Positions 1 to 13,942 of a stretch of 64,000 bases of DNA are shown one piece after another. The stretch's first letter is position 1. Every line of letters starts with the position of its first letter. The notes beneath the pieces are model-generated. The model did no database searches, was not told the origin of the DNA, and saw only the letters and a program-made list of their open reading frames with translations. The position numbers were made by a program, and so were the translations under genes. Source of the stretch: Eledone cirrhosa (Eukaryota); assembly GCA_964016885.1 (NCBI GenBank), contig OZ024756.1, positions 26,536,001-26,600,000 on the forward strand, written 5' to 3'.

Positions 1-180
1 AATTTAATATAATAAACAATACAAAAGATTTTTCAAACAAGCATGTGTACAAAATCCTATTGTGTTGTAAAATATGTATATATATATATATAATTATATA
101 TAGACTCATGCTAGCGAGGAAGAATGGACGTAAAACGGTGATGATGATGATGATGATGTAATTATATATATAAATATGTT

Positions 181-237
<57 letters not shown>

Positions 238-352
238 TTTCTGAATTTGTTTAGCAAGATTCTTTATCTGAAATCGTGTGTTGAAACCGATATTGAAGTG
301 AAAGCAACTGGTGCGTGTGTTTCTTATTGGCAACATGACCCTCCCAAAGTAT

Positions 353-483
<131 letters not shown>

Positions 484-485
484 TA

Positions 486-1068
<583 letters not shown>

Positions 1069-1119
1069 ATTATATATATATAGTCCAGAATATATATATA
1101 TAGTAATTATATATATATA

Positions 1120-1255
1120 GTCCAGAATTAGCCGTCGAAACGGCTTGAGCTCAGCTGTCGGGGTCTTACTGGTTCCTATTACCCACTCTACTACCTCAAG
1201 TATTGAGTACTTTGGTGCGTTATGGTCCACCTGGTTCCTTACCACATTTCCTTCG

Positions 1256-1257
<2 letters not shown>
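1120..1257 (+). mobile_element. TA-inserted element with 3' half of a hammerhead (copies 22175-22314, 41156-41341, 41994-42196, 44526-44650, 44703-44897)
   Basis: Recurrent ~140-bp sequence with GAAACGGC..GCYGTC GGGGTC, always flanked by (TA)n. Confidence 0.7.
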
Positions 1258-1311
<54 letters not shown>

Positions 1312-1359
1312 ATATGTACAGGTTATATATATGTATATATATATGTATATATATATGTA

Positions 1360-1390
<31 letters not shown>

Positions 1391-1391
1391 T

Positions 1392-1618
1392 TCGTTTCTG
1401 AATTTGTTTAGCAAGATTCTTTATCTGAAAACGTGTGTTGAAACCGATATTGTTATACTTTGGGAGGGTCATGTTGCCAATAAGAAACACACGCACCAGT
1501 TGCTTTCACTTCAATTTATTATAATAAATTTATAAATTTATAAATTTATTATAATAAATTGAAGTGAAAGCAACTGGTGCGTGTGTTTCTTATTGGCAAC
1601 ATGACCCTCCCAAAGTAT
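1392..1618 (-). mobile_element. Fold-back element, same family as 236-357 and 22909-23430
   Basis: Shared end CGTTTCTGAATTTG; inverted repeat centred near 1533. Confidence 0.7.
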
Positions 1619-1622
1619 AATA

Positions 1623-1714
<92 letters not shown>

Positions 1715-1783
1715 GTATATATATACATGTATGTATATATATATATGTTTATATATATATATGTACATATATATATATGTATG

Positions 1784-1814
<31 letters not shown>

Positions 1815-1819
1815 GTATG

Positions 1820-1937
<118 letters not shown>

Positions 1938-2584
1938 CGTACGTTATTCCGGGTTGAATCGGAGGTAACCACAGTAAGTAAGGTACTCAATACATAGCAG
2001 AGTATAAAAGTTTTAATATAGATGAGATTCTACAGGACTAGAACTGCATTTTCTGCTTGTAGAGCTGTTTTTATGTGCCTGTGTATATGCGTATATTTAT
2101 GAGTACTTATTTGTATGAGTGGCCGTTCGTTTGTATGCATATCGCTGTGTGTAGGTGCGTCCACATGTCTTCTATGTGTGTATATTTATATGTATGAATA
2201 TATGGATTTGTGTATGTATGTGTGTGTGTATATATATATATGTGTGTATATGTATATGTATGTATGTCTATATATTTATATATATATATATATATGTGTA
2301 TGTATATGTATATATATGTGTATATGTATGTGTGTATATATATATGTATATATATATATATGTGTATATATGTATGTGTATATATGTATATATATGTTTT
2401 TTTTTCAACTTTTCGTCCACCCCGATGCAGCTCATCGGTCCTCTGTAGCCTCAGCAACCCCCCCCCCCCCCCCCCCCCCCAATTTAAAGATAGAATTGGC
2501 CGATTGCGCTTTTTATAGCAGATGTGTTAGACCCCAGATAATTGCCTTCTTTCTGGTTGCTGCTCCATTTCCGTGATTTCTAAA

Positions 2585-3130
2585 TTTCTTAGTGGTATTT
2601 CTGCATTGGTATTATTGTATTAGTATTTATGTATTAGTATTCTGAATTAATATTTCATATTAGTTTTTTAGTATGTTTGTCCTCAACTTATTAACCTGTC
2701 ATTGTAAGATAGCATTGGCTGATTACTACTAACTATTGCAGTGATGTTAGACACCCTGTAAAGATGGCTTTATAAAATTCTTAGTGGTATTTTTTCTTTA
2801 GTATTCTTGGTATTAGTATGTATTAGCATTCTGAATTAATATTTAGTATTAGTTTTTTAGTATGTTTGTCCTCAACTTATTAACCTGTCATTGTAAGATA
2901 GCATTGGCTGATTACTACTAACTATTGCAGTGATGTTAGACACCCTGTAAAGATGGCTTTATAAAATTCTTAGTGGTATTTTTGCTTTAGTATTCTTGGT
3001 ATTAGTATGAATTAATATTTAGTATTAGTTTTTTAGTATGTTTGTCCTCAACATATTAACCTGTCATTGGCTGATTACTACTAACTATTGCAGTGGTGTC
3101 AGACCCCCTGTAAAGATGGCTTTATAAAGT
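2585..3130. repeat. About 180-bp tandem triplication
   Basis: TTCTTAGTGGTATT...AAAGATGGCTTTATAAA three times. Confidence 0.85.
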
Positions 3131-3666
3131 GCTTTCATTACAATTCTGCATTTTTCTCCACCTATTAAACTTTTCTATAGCTTAACAATACCAATGAGAG
3201 ATTTGGGGATTGTGGGGATGGAATAGTAACCAGATATTGTTGTTGTTTTTTATATATTTGATTTTTTATATATGTTTTTTTTAAAATATATTTATCTCCT
3301 CATCCTTATAATGGCTTGTTTGTTTACTCCCTTTCGATTTACCTACTTTTTCACCCCCCTCCCCTCCCCTTCTCCAGTACACTTTTTTCATACACTATCC
3401 TTAGAATCTGCTCTATAGATTTCACTTTCAAAGCTTGACCGGGCTTCCCCCACTCCCTCTTTGTTCTACCAGCAAGTTCAGTTACCTCTACCTTCCACTA
3501 AATGCCATGATAGAATCAACTGTCATTACAACAAATTTTTTACCAATCCTTTTGACAATTACTATCTTCCCATATATGGAATCACCCCCTGAGAAGTTCT
3601 TATTTACCAGGCTAAAAATTCTTATTTACTCCAGAATTAGCCTTTGAGTCAGGGTCATACTTGTTC

Positions 3667-3724
<58 letters not shown>

Positions 3725-3948
3725 GTATGTGTGTAAATGTATATATATATATGTATATATGTGTGTATATGTATATATATGTATATATGTATGTATATAT
3801 ATGTGTATGTGTGTATATGTGTGTGTGTATATATATATGATTCCAGTTCCTCAGTGAAATAACCCAACCAGGAACTGGGCATATCAGAGTATTGACAAAG
3901 TTATACACCTCAACAACATATGTACTTGTCTATACCACACTAATTCGG

Positions 3949-4005
3949 ACTGCCTGAAGAGGTCACAGCCAAAGATGGCTGTCACTGAAATATATATATA
4001 GCAGT
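3949..4005 (+). ncRNA. Type I hammerhead ribozyme (minimal, Penelope-type)
   Basis: ACTGC-CTGAAGA-GGTCACAGCC/GGCTGTCACT-GAAA-TATATATA-TA-GCAGT. Confidence 0.85.
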
Positions 4006-4146
4006 AATAAATGAAGCAAAATTTTAAACATCTGACTTATTTATTTTATTTTATTTTATTTATATATATACCCCCCACTCTCCTGAGCGTGAATTTAATA
4101 AACATTTATTGTACTGCCTCTCTGTTCTGTCCCTGTTCAATTTTTC

Positions 4147-4235
<89 letters not shown>

Positions 4236-4673
4236 CTGTGTATGTGAATGTGTCTGTTGACACCTGGAATAGCTTAAGAGAAATTTGAAGATAATGATAT
4301 GATAGGCATCCAATATTTTGAACTGGTTTATAGAATTCTCTTGGCCTTTGTCACTCTAAGTAGAACTTTAAAGAATTAGCTTTTAAAGAATTTCCTTTTT
4401 CTTTAAATCCATCAACCAACGATCTTATAGACACCTGAAATATAGGCATTGTTAACTTAAGAGAAACTTAAAAATAAGGTGTCACACCCCATTCTGAACT
4501 TGTTTATAGAATTCTTTCTGCCTTTGTCACTCTAAATATAAATTATAGCTTTAAAGAATTAGCTTTTAATGAATTCCCCTTTTTATCAACCAATGACCTC
4601 TACCCATTCCACTCCCCACCCTCTCCTACCACCTGAAAAGAGCTATAAATACAACATTTATTTTTGAAAAGCC

Positions 4674-4724
4674 AGATTCCTGATGATTTCTAAAGAATGA
4701 AACAGTTCTAGTCCTGTAGAATCT
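4674..4724 (+). ncRNA. Type I hammerhead ribozyme
   Basis: AGATTC-CTGATGA-TTTC taaa GAAT-GAAA-CAG..CTG-TA-GAATCT. Confidence 0.85.
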
Positions 4725-4740
4725 CATCTATATCTATATC

Positions 4741-4777
<37 letters not shown>

Positions 4778-5074
4778 GTATATATATATATATATGTATA
4801 TATGTGTATATATATGTATATATATGTATATATAGATATATATACATATATATATATACATATATATATGTATATATATGTATATATGTGTATATATATG
4901 TATATATGTGTATATATATATATATGTGTGTATATATATATATATGTATATATGTGTATATATATGTATATATGTGTATATATATATATATGTATATATG
5001 TGTATATATATATGTATATATATATATATGTATATATGTGTATATATATGTATATATGTGTATATATATATGTA

Positions 5075-5105
<31 letters not shown>

Positions 5106-5139
5106 ATATGTGTGTGTATACATATATATATATATATAG

Positions 5140-5226
<87 letters not shown>

Positions 5227-5313
5227 TATACATATATAAAATTTCTCTTTAAAATACAGAAACACATTTTTTATGTGTTTATGGTTATTGTATGTATATG
5301 ACTGAAAACTTAC

Positions 5314-5432
5314 ATCTTCATGTCTGACTCCAAAATGCAATGTTTTCCTGGTCTGTTGTGACAAAAAAGGACAGACGATATCAAAAATAGGACATATGAG
5401 ACGAGGGTCAAGTTTCCTTGGATCTGAATGAC
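5314..5432 (-). CDS. SLC5 exon 14 (terminal exon not located, probably left of the window)
   Basis: [47 protein letters not shown]. Confidence 0.88.
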
Positions 5433-6395
5433 CTACAATGGACAGAAAACAAAGACAACATGAGTGTTAAGTGGATCAAATATTGATTTTTAATTTAGAC
5501 GAAAGGGCCAGCAAATGTGGGCATAGGGCAAAGTTGATTAAATCAACCCCAACAATTGATTAGTATTTTATTTTATTGTAAATGAGGTTGGCGTTAGGAA
5601 GGACATCCAACTGTAGATACCAAGCCAAAATCAGTTCTGTATGAGCAAGACATGGTCACCTGACCTAACATTACCCACAATAGAACAGCTTGTCTAGCCC
5701 ATGCCAATGTGGAAAAATGGATGTAAAACAATGATGGTGATGATGATGATGACCCAGTAGGGTGAAAGGCAAAGTTGATCTTGGCAGGATTTGAACTCAG
5801 AATATAAAGAACCGGAACACACAACACAATGGCATTTTATCTGATATTAGCCCTGCATCTTAAGATAGAATAATGGATAAAAGAAGAATTAGATGAGAGT
5901 AAAAAAGGAAAGAAACAGAAAAATGCTTATAAGGGAGGAGAGCATGTATGTGTTTAGTCCTATCAACAGGCTTCCACAGAGTTTCTGTTTACTAAATTCC
6001 ACTCACAAGGCTTTGGTCAACTGAAGGTTATAGCAGGAGACACTTGCCCTAGGTACTTCACTGTGGACGTGAACCCCAAACCATGTGATTGTGAAACAAA
6101 CTCTTTAACCACACAGTTATGCCTGTACCAAATGTATAGTATTGTATTATTTTTATTGTTTAGTCCTAGGTCAGTACAAACTGCACAGATCTTTGATTAT
6201 AGACATTCCAGCCATGACCATTCTATATGTTTTCTATGTGCAAGTCAAGCCAGGAACACATTATCCACTGTTTCCTTTTCTAAGTGAGTGGGATTTGATT
6301 TAAGAGAGATTTTACATCTATTTCTAGCAGACTGGATGTCTCTATACAGGCTCCCTTCTTGTCATGTATTGTCGTGGAATATATAGTTGACTTAC

Positions 6396-6496
6396 CGGTG
6401 AGAAAACTGGTTGGTATGGCAATGATGAAGACCACAATAAAAGCAATGAAGTTGTACCAAAGATAGGAGAGACTGTAGAGGCCATTTAAACCAGAA
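6396..6496 (-). CDS. SLC5 exon 13
   Basis: SGLNGLYSLSYLWYNFIAFIVVFIIAIPTSFLTG, 101 bp. Confidence 0.9.
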
Positions 6497-7189
6497 CTAG
6501 CAAGGAAAAAATGGAAAGGAAACATAAAAAATAATAACTGTATCTGTATAAGTGTGTTGTACAATATATATAGAGAGAGAATTGATATATATATATATAT
6601 ATAATGTGTGTGTGTGCATGTATATTTAGAATTAATATATATATATAATAAGGGTTTAGATCGATATCCAGTGATTTCAATCTCATTGTGTGTGTGTGTG
6701 TGTGTATAGACCCTTAACTCCTGATGGACTTTTAGAAACATCGTAGTGACCTACAATGTTTCTTGGGCAAGTTAAACAAGGCAGAGCCCATATCCTCTCC
6801 ATGTCTGAACACATCTGATTTCTTCAAGAGAATGAGGGAGTGAAAAAATGGATTTGAGAAAGGGATATGGAAGAAGAACTGATCCAGTACAGCACTGGTA
6901 CTTTTATTTATGATTAGCAGGACATGGAAAATCAGTTAAAGCTATTACTGTTGATGAAGATTATTATAATATTTAACATTTAATATTGCCCCAGAAGAGG
7001 AAGACCTAGAAAGACATGGGATGAAATGATAAAGGTTGACCTTGCATAGCTGAACCTCTCAATGGAGATGACATAGGACCGACACCTCTGGTGCTCTGAC
7101 ATATGACAGAAAACCTTAGCCCACTCTGTAAGTGTGATCTGTGCTTAAGAAGGGCAGCCAACAGCCAAAACATGGCCCCACTATTTGCA

Positions 7190-8030
7190 AGGTACAGCGC
7201 AGCCAACTGGCCAGACATCCCCCATAACAAGACCACCCAGTTCCACACTGTAAACGTGGTTAGTGTTAGGAAGGGCATCCAACAACTGTAAAAACCCAGC
7301 CAAAACCAGTGGTCCTCTATGAGCAAGATATGGTGTAGCCAACTGGCCAGACATGCCTCATAAGTGGGACCACCCAGTCCCACACAGTAAACATGGTTGG
7401 CGTTAGGAAGGGCATCCAACAACTGTAAAAACCCAGCCAAAACCAGTGGTCCTCTATGAGCAAGATATGGTGTAGCCAACTGGCCAGACATGCCTCATAA
7501 GTGGGACCACCCAGTCCCACACAGTAAACATGGTTGGCGTTAGGAAGGGCATCCAACAACTGTAAAAACCCAGCCAAAACCAGTGGTCCTCTATGAGCAA
7601 GATATGGTGTAGCCAACTGGCCAGACATGCCTCATAAGTGGGACCACCCAGTCCCACACAGTAAACATGGTTGGCGTTAGGAAGGGTATCCAGCAGCTGT
7701 ATAAACCCAGCAAAAACACAGTCCTATATGAGCAAGGTACAGCATGGCTGACTGGCCAGACTTGCTTCATAAGTGGGACCATCCAGTCCCACATTGTAAA
7801 CATGGTTGGTGTTAAGTAGGTTATCCAGCTGTATAAACCCAGCAAAAACACAGTCCTATATGAGCAAGGTACAGCATGGCTGACTGGCCAGACTTGCTTC
7901 ATAAGTGGGACCATCCAGTCCCACATTGTAAACATGGTTGGTGTTAAGTAGGTTATCCAGCATTGGTAAAAACCTAGCCAGAACACAGGTACCACTATAT
8001 ACAAGGTGGCCATTTGGCCAGACCTTCCTC
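7190..8030 (+). repeat. Tandem 130-137-bp repeats derived from a SINE 3' domain
   Basis: Repeated GTTAGGAAGGGCATCC...ATGAGCAAG units. Confidence 0.85.
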
Positions 8031-8461
8031 ATAATACAACCATCCAGCTGTAAATAAATCACCAAAATACAGTTCCATAACCCTTTAGCATTCACATTAT
8101 TTTATATATACTATTATATTTTCATGGTAAAGGCTTTACCTCACATAATTATCTCACATAATATTGAATCTATGAGATTTTGATATTATTTATTTTGAGA
8201 ACAATACCTTAACATCAATTTGAGCGACCAGTTACAGCCAATTTCAACAGAAAGAGGTAGAGAATTCTGGCCGGTTTGAACATTAAAGGGATAAGCAAGG
8301 TATGGCTTGGCCAACTGGCCAGGCTTACCTCATAACATAGATGACACATCTAACCCATGTAAGCATAGGAAATAAGACATTAAATGGTCTGATGATGTGT
8401 TGATGATGATGATGATAAACTGCATAATATTAGATATACAGTTTGTGTGCATTTTTGTCTT

Positions 8462-8499
<38 letters not shown>

Positions 8500-8501
<2 letters not shown>

Positions 8502-9128
8502 GGTTCTGAGGCCATAGTATCTAGGATAAGGACGGATTGGAAGAAGTTTAGGGAGCTGCTTCCTCTGCTGATGAAGAAGGGTTTCTCCCTGCGTACGAAA
8601 GGCCGGTTATATGATGCCTGTGTGAGGAGCGCGATGCTGCATGGTAGTGAGACATGGGCAGCAACTGCAGAGGATATGCGACGGCTGGAGAGAAATGAGG
8701 CAAGCATGCTCCGTTGGATGTGCAGTGTAAATGTGCGTGAACGACCCAGCATGAATGTGTTGAGAGAGAAACTGTGTCCGGGAGAGGAGACTGAGGTGGT
8801 ATGGACATGTGATGTGTTGAGAGAGAAACTGTGTCTGAGAGGGATAGAATGTAGTGTACGGGAAAGGAGACTGAGGTGGTATGGACATGTGATGCGCATG
8901 GAGGATGACCGATGGGTGAAGAAGTGCCAGGAAATGCCAGTTGAAGGAAGACGTGGTAGAGGTAGACCACGAAAAACATGGGCGGAGGTGGTGAGAACAG
9001 ACCTCAGATCGTTGAAGCTCATGGTGGAGATGACGAAGGACCGTGACGAGTGGATAGATGCTGTGCTGAATAAGACCCGTCCCACCCTTGCAAGCAGAGA
9101 AGAGCGGACGTAAAATGATGAAGATGAT
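8500..9128 (+). mobile_element. 5'-truncated RTE-clade LINE
   Basis: KGRLYDACVRSAMLHGSETW...RRLRWYGHVMRM...RGRGRPRKTW; (GAT)n tail; short internal duplication near 8757-8890. Confidence 0.9.
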
Positions 9129-9134
9129 ACAAAC

Positions 9135-9355
9135 CGATCTACATCTTCAAAGACCAGTGTCATGTTTTGGAAACCTTGAAGGTGAGTATATGCGAGTGTG
9201 TCTGGAGAGAGCAGAGTCTGGTTTATCCAGGTTCGATTCCAGTTGCATCCACTGATGTGGAATGGTGAGTGTACACGAGGAAGCTTACCGACATATTGTC
9301 CCACAGAGATCCATGTCATTAAACCAATACTACAGAATAAACCAGCGTAGGCACC
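9135..9355 (-). CDS. SLC5 exon 12
   Basis: GAYAGLFCSIGLMTWISVGQY...SGCNW...EDVDR; GTTTGT donor gives the phase needed for the next exon. Confidence 0.85.
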
Positions 9356-9426
9356 CTGTTGAAAAACACAAACACAATTAGACCATATATATATATAGAA
9401 ATATAGACATTCATATACATACATAC

Positions 9427-9462
<36 letters not shown>

Positions 9463-9492
9463 ATGTGTGTATATATATGAAGTAATATTTAC

Positions 9493-9579
9493 CCAATAGT
9501 TTGCCCATGGTACCAACATTCCAAGAGAATAAAGTCCCAAAATTGGTGCACTGAGGGTACCATAGAGTGAGAGTGAGGC
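9493..9579 (-). CDS. SLC5 exon 11
   Basis: ASLSLYGTLSAPILGLYSLGMLVPWANYW, 87 bp. Confidence 0.92.
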
Positions 9580-9597
9580 CTGTAATAGAAAGAAGAA

Positions 9598-9633
<36 letters not shown>

Positions 9634-9718
9634 GGATGTAGTAGTTGTAGTAGTGGTGGTGGTGGTAGTAGTGTTGTTGTTGTTGGTGGTGGTGGTAGTG
9701 TTGGTGGATGTATTAATT

Positions 9719-9753
<35 letters not shown>

Positions 9754-10041
9754 GGTAGTGGTGGATGTAGTAGTAGTAATAGTAGTAGTAGTGGTGGTGG
9801 TGGTAGAGTTGTTGTTGGTGGTGGTGGTGGTAGAGTTGTTGTTGGTGGTGGTTGTAGTAGTAGTAGTAGTAGTGGTAGTGTTGGTGGTAGTAGTTGTAGT
9901 AGTAGTAGTAATAGTAGTAGTGGTGGTGGTAGAGTTGTTGTTGTTGGTGGTGGTTGTAGCAGTAGTAGTAGTAGTGACGGGTGGTGGGGATGTGGTGAGG
10001 TGTCCTGGTTTATAAAGCCACCACTCTGCTAAAGTACTTAC

Positions 10042-10109
10042 CTGAAGTATACCACCCAGGTGAGACGCTCCATATGTGACCACCAGACAGAGAAGTCCAA
10101 GAAACACAG
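10042..10109 (-). CDS. SLC5 exon 10
   Basis: AVFLGLLCLVVTYGASHLGGILQ, 68 bp. Confidence 0.92.
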
Positions 10110-10149
10110 CTGAAATAGACAATGAGTATATAACTTCACATTGACTGTC

Positions 10150-10430
10150 TCCTGCCAAATTCTTGGAAGGTTCTGTAGAAGCAGTTGACAGTTTCTGTTA
10201 CCTGGGTGACCAAATTACCATTGGTGGTGGATGTTCCGAAAGTAATGTAGCCAGAGTGAGAACAGGATGGGAAAAGTTCAGGAAGCTACTACTGCTGTTA
10301 GCTATAAAAGACTTTTCACTCAAAATAAAGGGCAGATTGTATGAGGCGTGTATACAAACTGCATGGTAGTGAGACATGGTTACTGTGTGCAGAGGACCTG
10401 CGTAAATTGGAAAGAAATGAAGCTTGCATG
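10150..10430 (+). mobile_element. RTE LINE fragment
   Basis: EAVDSFCYLGD...ARVRTGWEKFRKL...KGRLYEAC. Confidence 0.8.
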
Positions 10431-11283
10431 CTCCTAACACCCCATACACATCTTTACACTCCGCCCATACCCTAACACCTCACCCTTCACCGGATAAGTC
10501 ATTAAACCCCCCGCTGACACAGTAAGGGGTTGTTTTGGTGCCATGACAGAAAGCACCCAGTCCACACGGTAAAGTCGTTGTATAGGTGTCACAACAAAAA
10601 AGCACCCAGCCCACACTGTAAATGTTAAGAAGGGCATCCAGCCATAGAATCCATGCCAAAATCAGTCCTGTATGAGCAAGACATGATCATCTGATCTGGC
10701 TTGTCTCACAACAAGACAACTCATCTAACCCATGCTAGCATGGAAAAAATGGACATTAAACAGTGATGATGATGATGATATATCATCATCATCACTGCTT
10801 TAACATCTGTTTTCCCTTCTAGCAAGGGTTGGATGTAAGTACTGAAGCGGAGCTGCTGATCTCTCATACAGCCAGGAATCTGTGTCTCACTTTCTACAGA
10901 GTGCACAGGAGAGGTTGTCATGTCTTTGTCACAACTGAGGGTCCTCTCAAGATTTCTATGGCTGAATGCCCTTCCTATCACCAACCACTTTTATACTCTA
11001 TACCGAATTTCAGTATACATTTGTCTATTCTTTCTTCATACGTATAATTTACATTTAGCTCTGATTAATTGATTATTTATTTAGTTAATTTATCTGGACT
11101 ATGAAGAAAAGTTAGGTAAATTTTGTCTGTCTGTTCTTCACACTTATATATATATATTGTTAATTTAATACCTAATATATATATATATATATATATACAT
11201 GCATACACACATATATACGCACAACATATTTCAACATACACACACATGCCATGCTATAACTCCCCAGTCTCTATCCAACTTAC

Positions 11284-11399
11284 CTATCAATCGTGTTGTC
11301 CTGGTAACAATTTTCTCTGAGGCATTCTTCAAACAGATAGGACGGAGAAAGTCTTGTAGGATCACAGCTGACATAGAGTTCATTCCTGTTGCCACAGAA
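11284..11399 (-). CDS. SLC5 exon 9
   Basis: SVATGMNSMSAVILQDFLRP...TTRLI, 116 bp. Confidence 0.92.
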
Positions 11400-11432
11400 C
11401 TGCAACAGAAATAACAGCAACATTAACTTTAC

Positions 11433-11479
11433 CTTCCTGATGATTTCTTATGAAAGAAACAGTTCTAGTCCTGTAGAAG
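11433..11479 (+). ncRNA. Type I hammerhead ribozyme
   Basis: CTTC-CTGATGA-TTTC ttat GAAA-GAAA-CAG..CTG-TA-GAAG; compensatory stem I change relative to the 4674 copy. Confidence 0.87.
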
Positions 11480-11616
11480 TCATTTCTATAATAAAATAAA
11501 AATGTCTATACTCTACTAACGTATTGAGTATATTTTTTTTTACTGTGATCATCTCCCAATATACATTAGGAACACAACTATATATATATATATATATATG
11601 GATAATATATATATAT

Positions 11617-11694
<78 letters not shown>

Positions 11695-11725
11695 ATATAT
11701 ATATATGGATAATATATATATATAT

Positions 11726-11765
<40 letters not shown>

Positions 11766-11768
11766 ATA

Positions 11769-11838
<70 letters not shown>

Positions 11839-11855
11839 ATATATATATATGGATA

Positions 11856-11911
<56 letters not shown>

Positions 11912-12589
11912 ATATATATATATGGATAATATATATATATGGATATATATATATATATATATATATCCATATATATATATGGATAATATATATATATGGA
12001 TATATATATATATATATATATGGATATATATATATATGGATGTCTATATATATGGATATATATATATATATGGATATATATATATATGGATATCTATATA
12101 TATGGATATATATATATAGATATATATATTGATAGGATAACAAGGACGATTGGTTAATCCTTCATTACATTTATTGGTAGGGGACGCGCGTTTCGCTACT
12201 GATCAGCTCAAGGTTTGATCTGTATCGATCTTACCCGACTCAATAATCGGCAGCTCGGCGGACCCTGCAGTAACTCTAAGTTACACCCCCTGGATATATC
12301 ATCATCATCATCATCATCATCGTTTAACGTCCGTGTTCCACGCTTGCATGGGTTTGGACGGGGGTTTTCCCACTTGAGGCAAGAGTGGTTGTCTTGCTCG
12401 CATAGGACTGTCTGGCGGGTTTTCTACAGCTGGATGCCCTTCCTAACACCAACCACATTTACAGTGTGGGGCTGGGAGGTTTTTACCGTGTTGCCTACAC
12501 GGCCACATTTACAGCGTGGACTGTGTGTTTTTTTTGTCGTGACACCTATGGGGAGGGGGTATGTATGTATGTTATGTTAATCACCTGAA

Positions 12590-13170
12590 GTCACATGAAA
12601 GAATAACTCCCTGCAACACCACTCAGAATGACCCCATCGATCCTGTGGAAAGGACAGCTCTCTTCTGTCACCTGTGTCATAAATCATGCAGATCTACAGC
12701 TGGCCTACAAAGTCATCTAAGACGTCATGCACGCGGATGAGATGACAATGAAGAATCAATAAGAGACAGCAATCATCTGTGAAGATGCTGCAATCCTCAT
12801 GTATATATGTATGTCCCACTCTCTTAACCAAGATGATATTTACCAAAAAGAAGAACAAGTCAACATCATTGGATACCATCAGCGTTGCAGGTGTTATATC
12901 AGAGTTTTCCTTCTCACTATAAAAGCTTCACGGCACAGGCATTGCTTTATATCTGGAGATCTCTCTGCACTTGTCGTCACATGGTACCATGGGCCCAGCA
13001 CTATGTGTCAATAATTGTCACAAGTGTAGTGTTTGTACCAGAGTTTTCAAGTCGCTGGCTGGACTAAAAAGTCACACTCGTTGAGTGCATCGGTAGGGGT
13101 TCTCCTATATGGATATAAAGTAGAGGCCGTACTCGAAAACGAGTTGGCAGCCACCATGTATGTATGTATG
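12590..13170 (+). repeat. Dispersed retroposon-like repeat (second copy ~25465-26110)
   Basis: Near-identical ~290 bp ending GAAAACGAGTTGGCAGCCACC(ATGT)n in both copies. Confidence 0.7.
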
Positions 13171-13204
13171 GACCCGTAAATCCTTATGTCTAGCTCTATT
13201 CCCT

Positions 13205-13620
13205 CCCTCCATCAGGCATCTACTATACTCTGAACGCCTTGCTTCCCTGAGCATGGATACATTGAAGCTCCGACGCCTGGCAACTGACTTGGTAAACACC
13301 CACAAAATTATTAACCATCTCGCCAACAACAACCCTGAGTACCTTTTTGATTTCCATGTGTCTAACACACGTGGGCATGCTGACAAAGTCAGAAAACAGC
13401 ACAGTTCCCATGACTTTTGGAAACATTTTTTCACGCTCAGAGTTGCTGAAGCATGGAACAAACTAATGTTCCGTCTCCATACACATACACACATGTATAT
13501 CATGACTCATACACTATTCACTTCCCTGACATTTGTATATTATTCTATGTACTATACATGCACCTTTGACGAGTTGTAATGCACCTGAGCACTTTACACA
13601 ATAATTTCATTATTATTATT
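13205..13620 (+). mobile_element. CR1/L2-type LINE 3' end
   Basis: YSERLASL..DTLKLRRLATDL...TRGH...FFTLRVAEAWNKL; (ATT)n tail. Confidence 0.85.
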
Positions 13621-13871
13621 TCCAGCCTCACTACGAGGCCTCAATGTCCCACTTCTATTGGTTCAGATTTTTGTGTTGATAACACTGCATTTCACCACAA
13701 CCAACAACAACACCATTTAATGTGTATGTGTATGTGTTTGTAAAACCTACCATTGCGTCACCAATAATCATAGCCAGAAACATGTGTGGGTGTTTGTGTC
13801 TGTGTACATATATGTATGTAAAAGCTACCTGATTGTATTATTAAAGATTGTAGCCAGAAATATATGTATGG

Positions 13872-13912
<41 letters not shown>

Positions 13913-13942
13913 TGTATGTGTGTATGTTTTTGTAAGAGGTAC

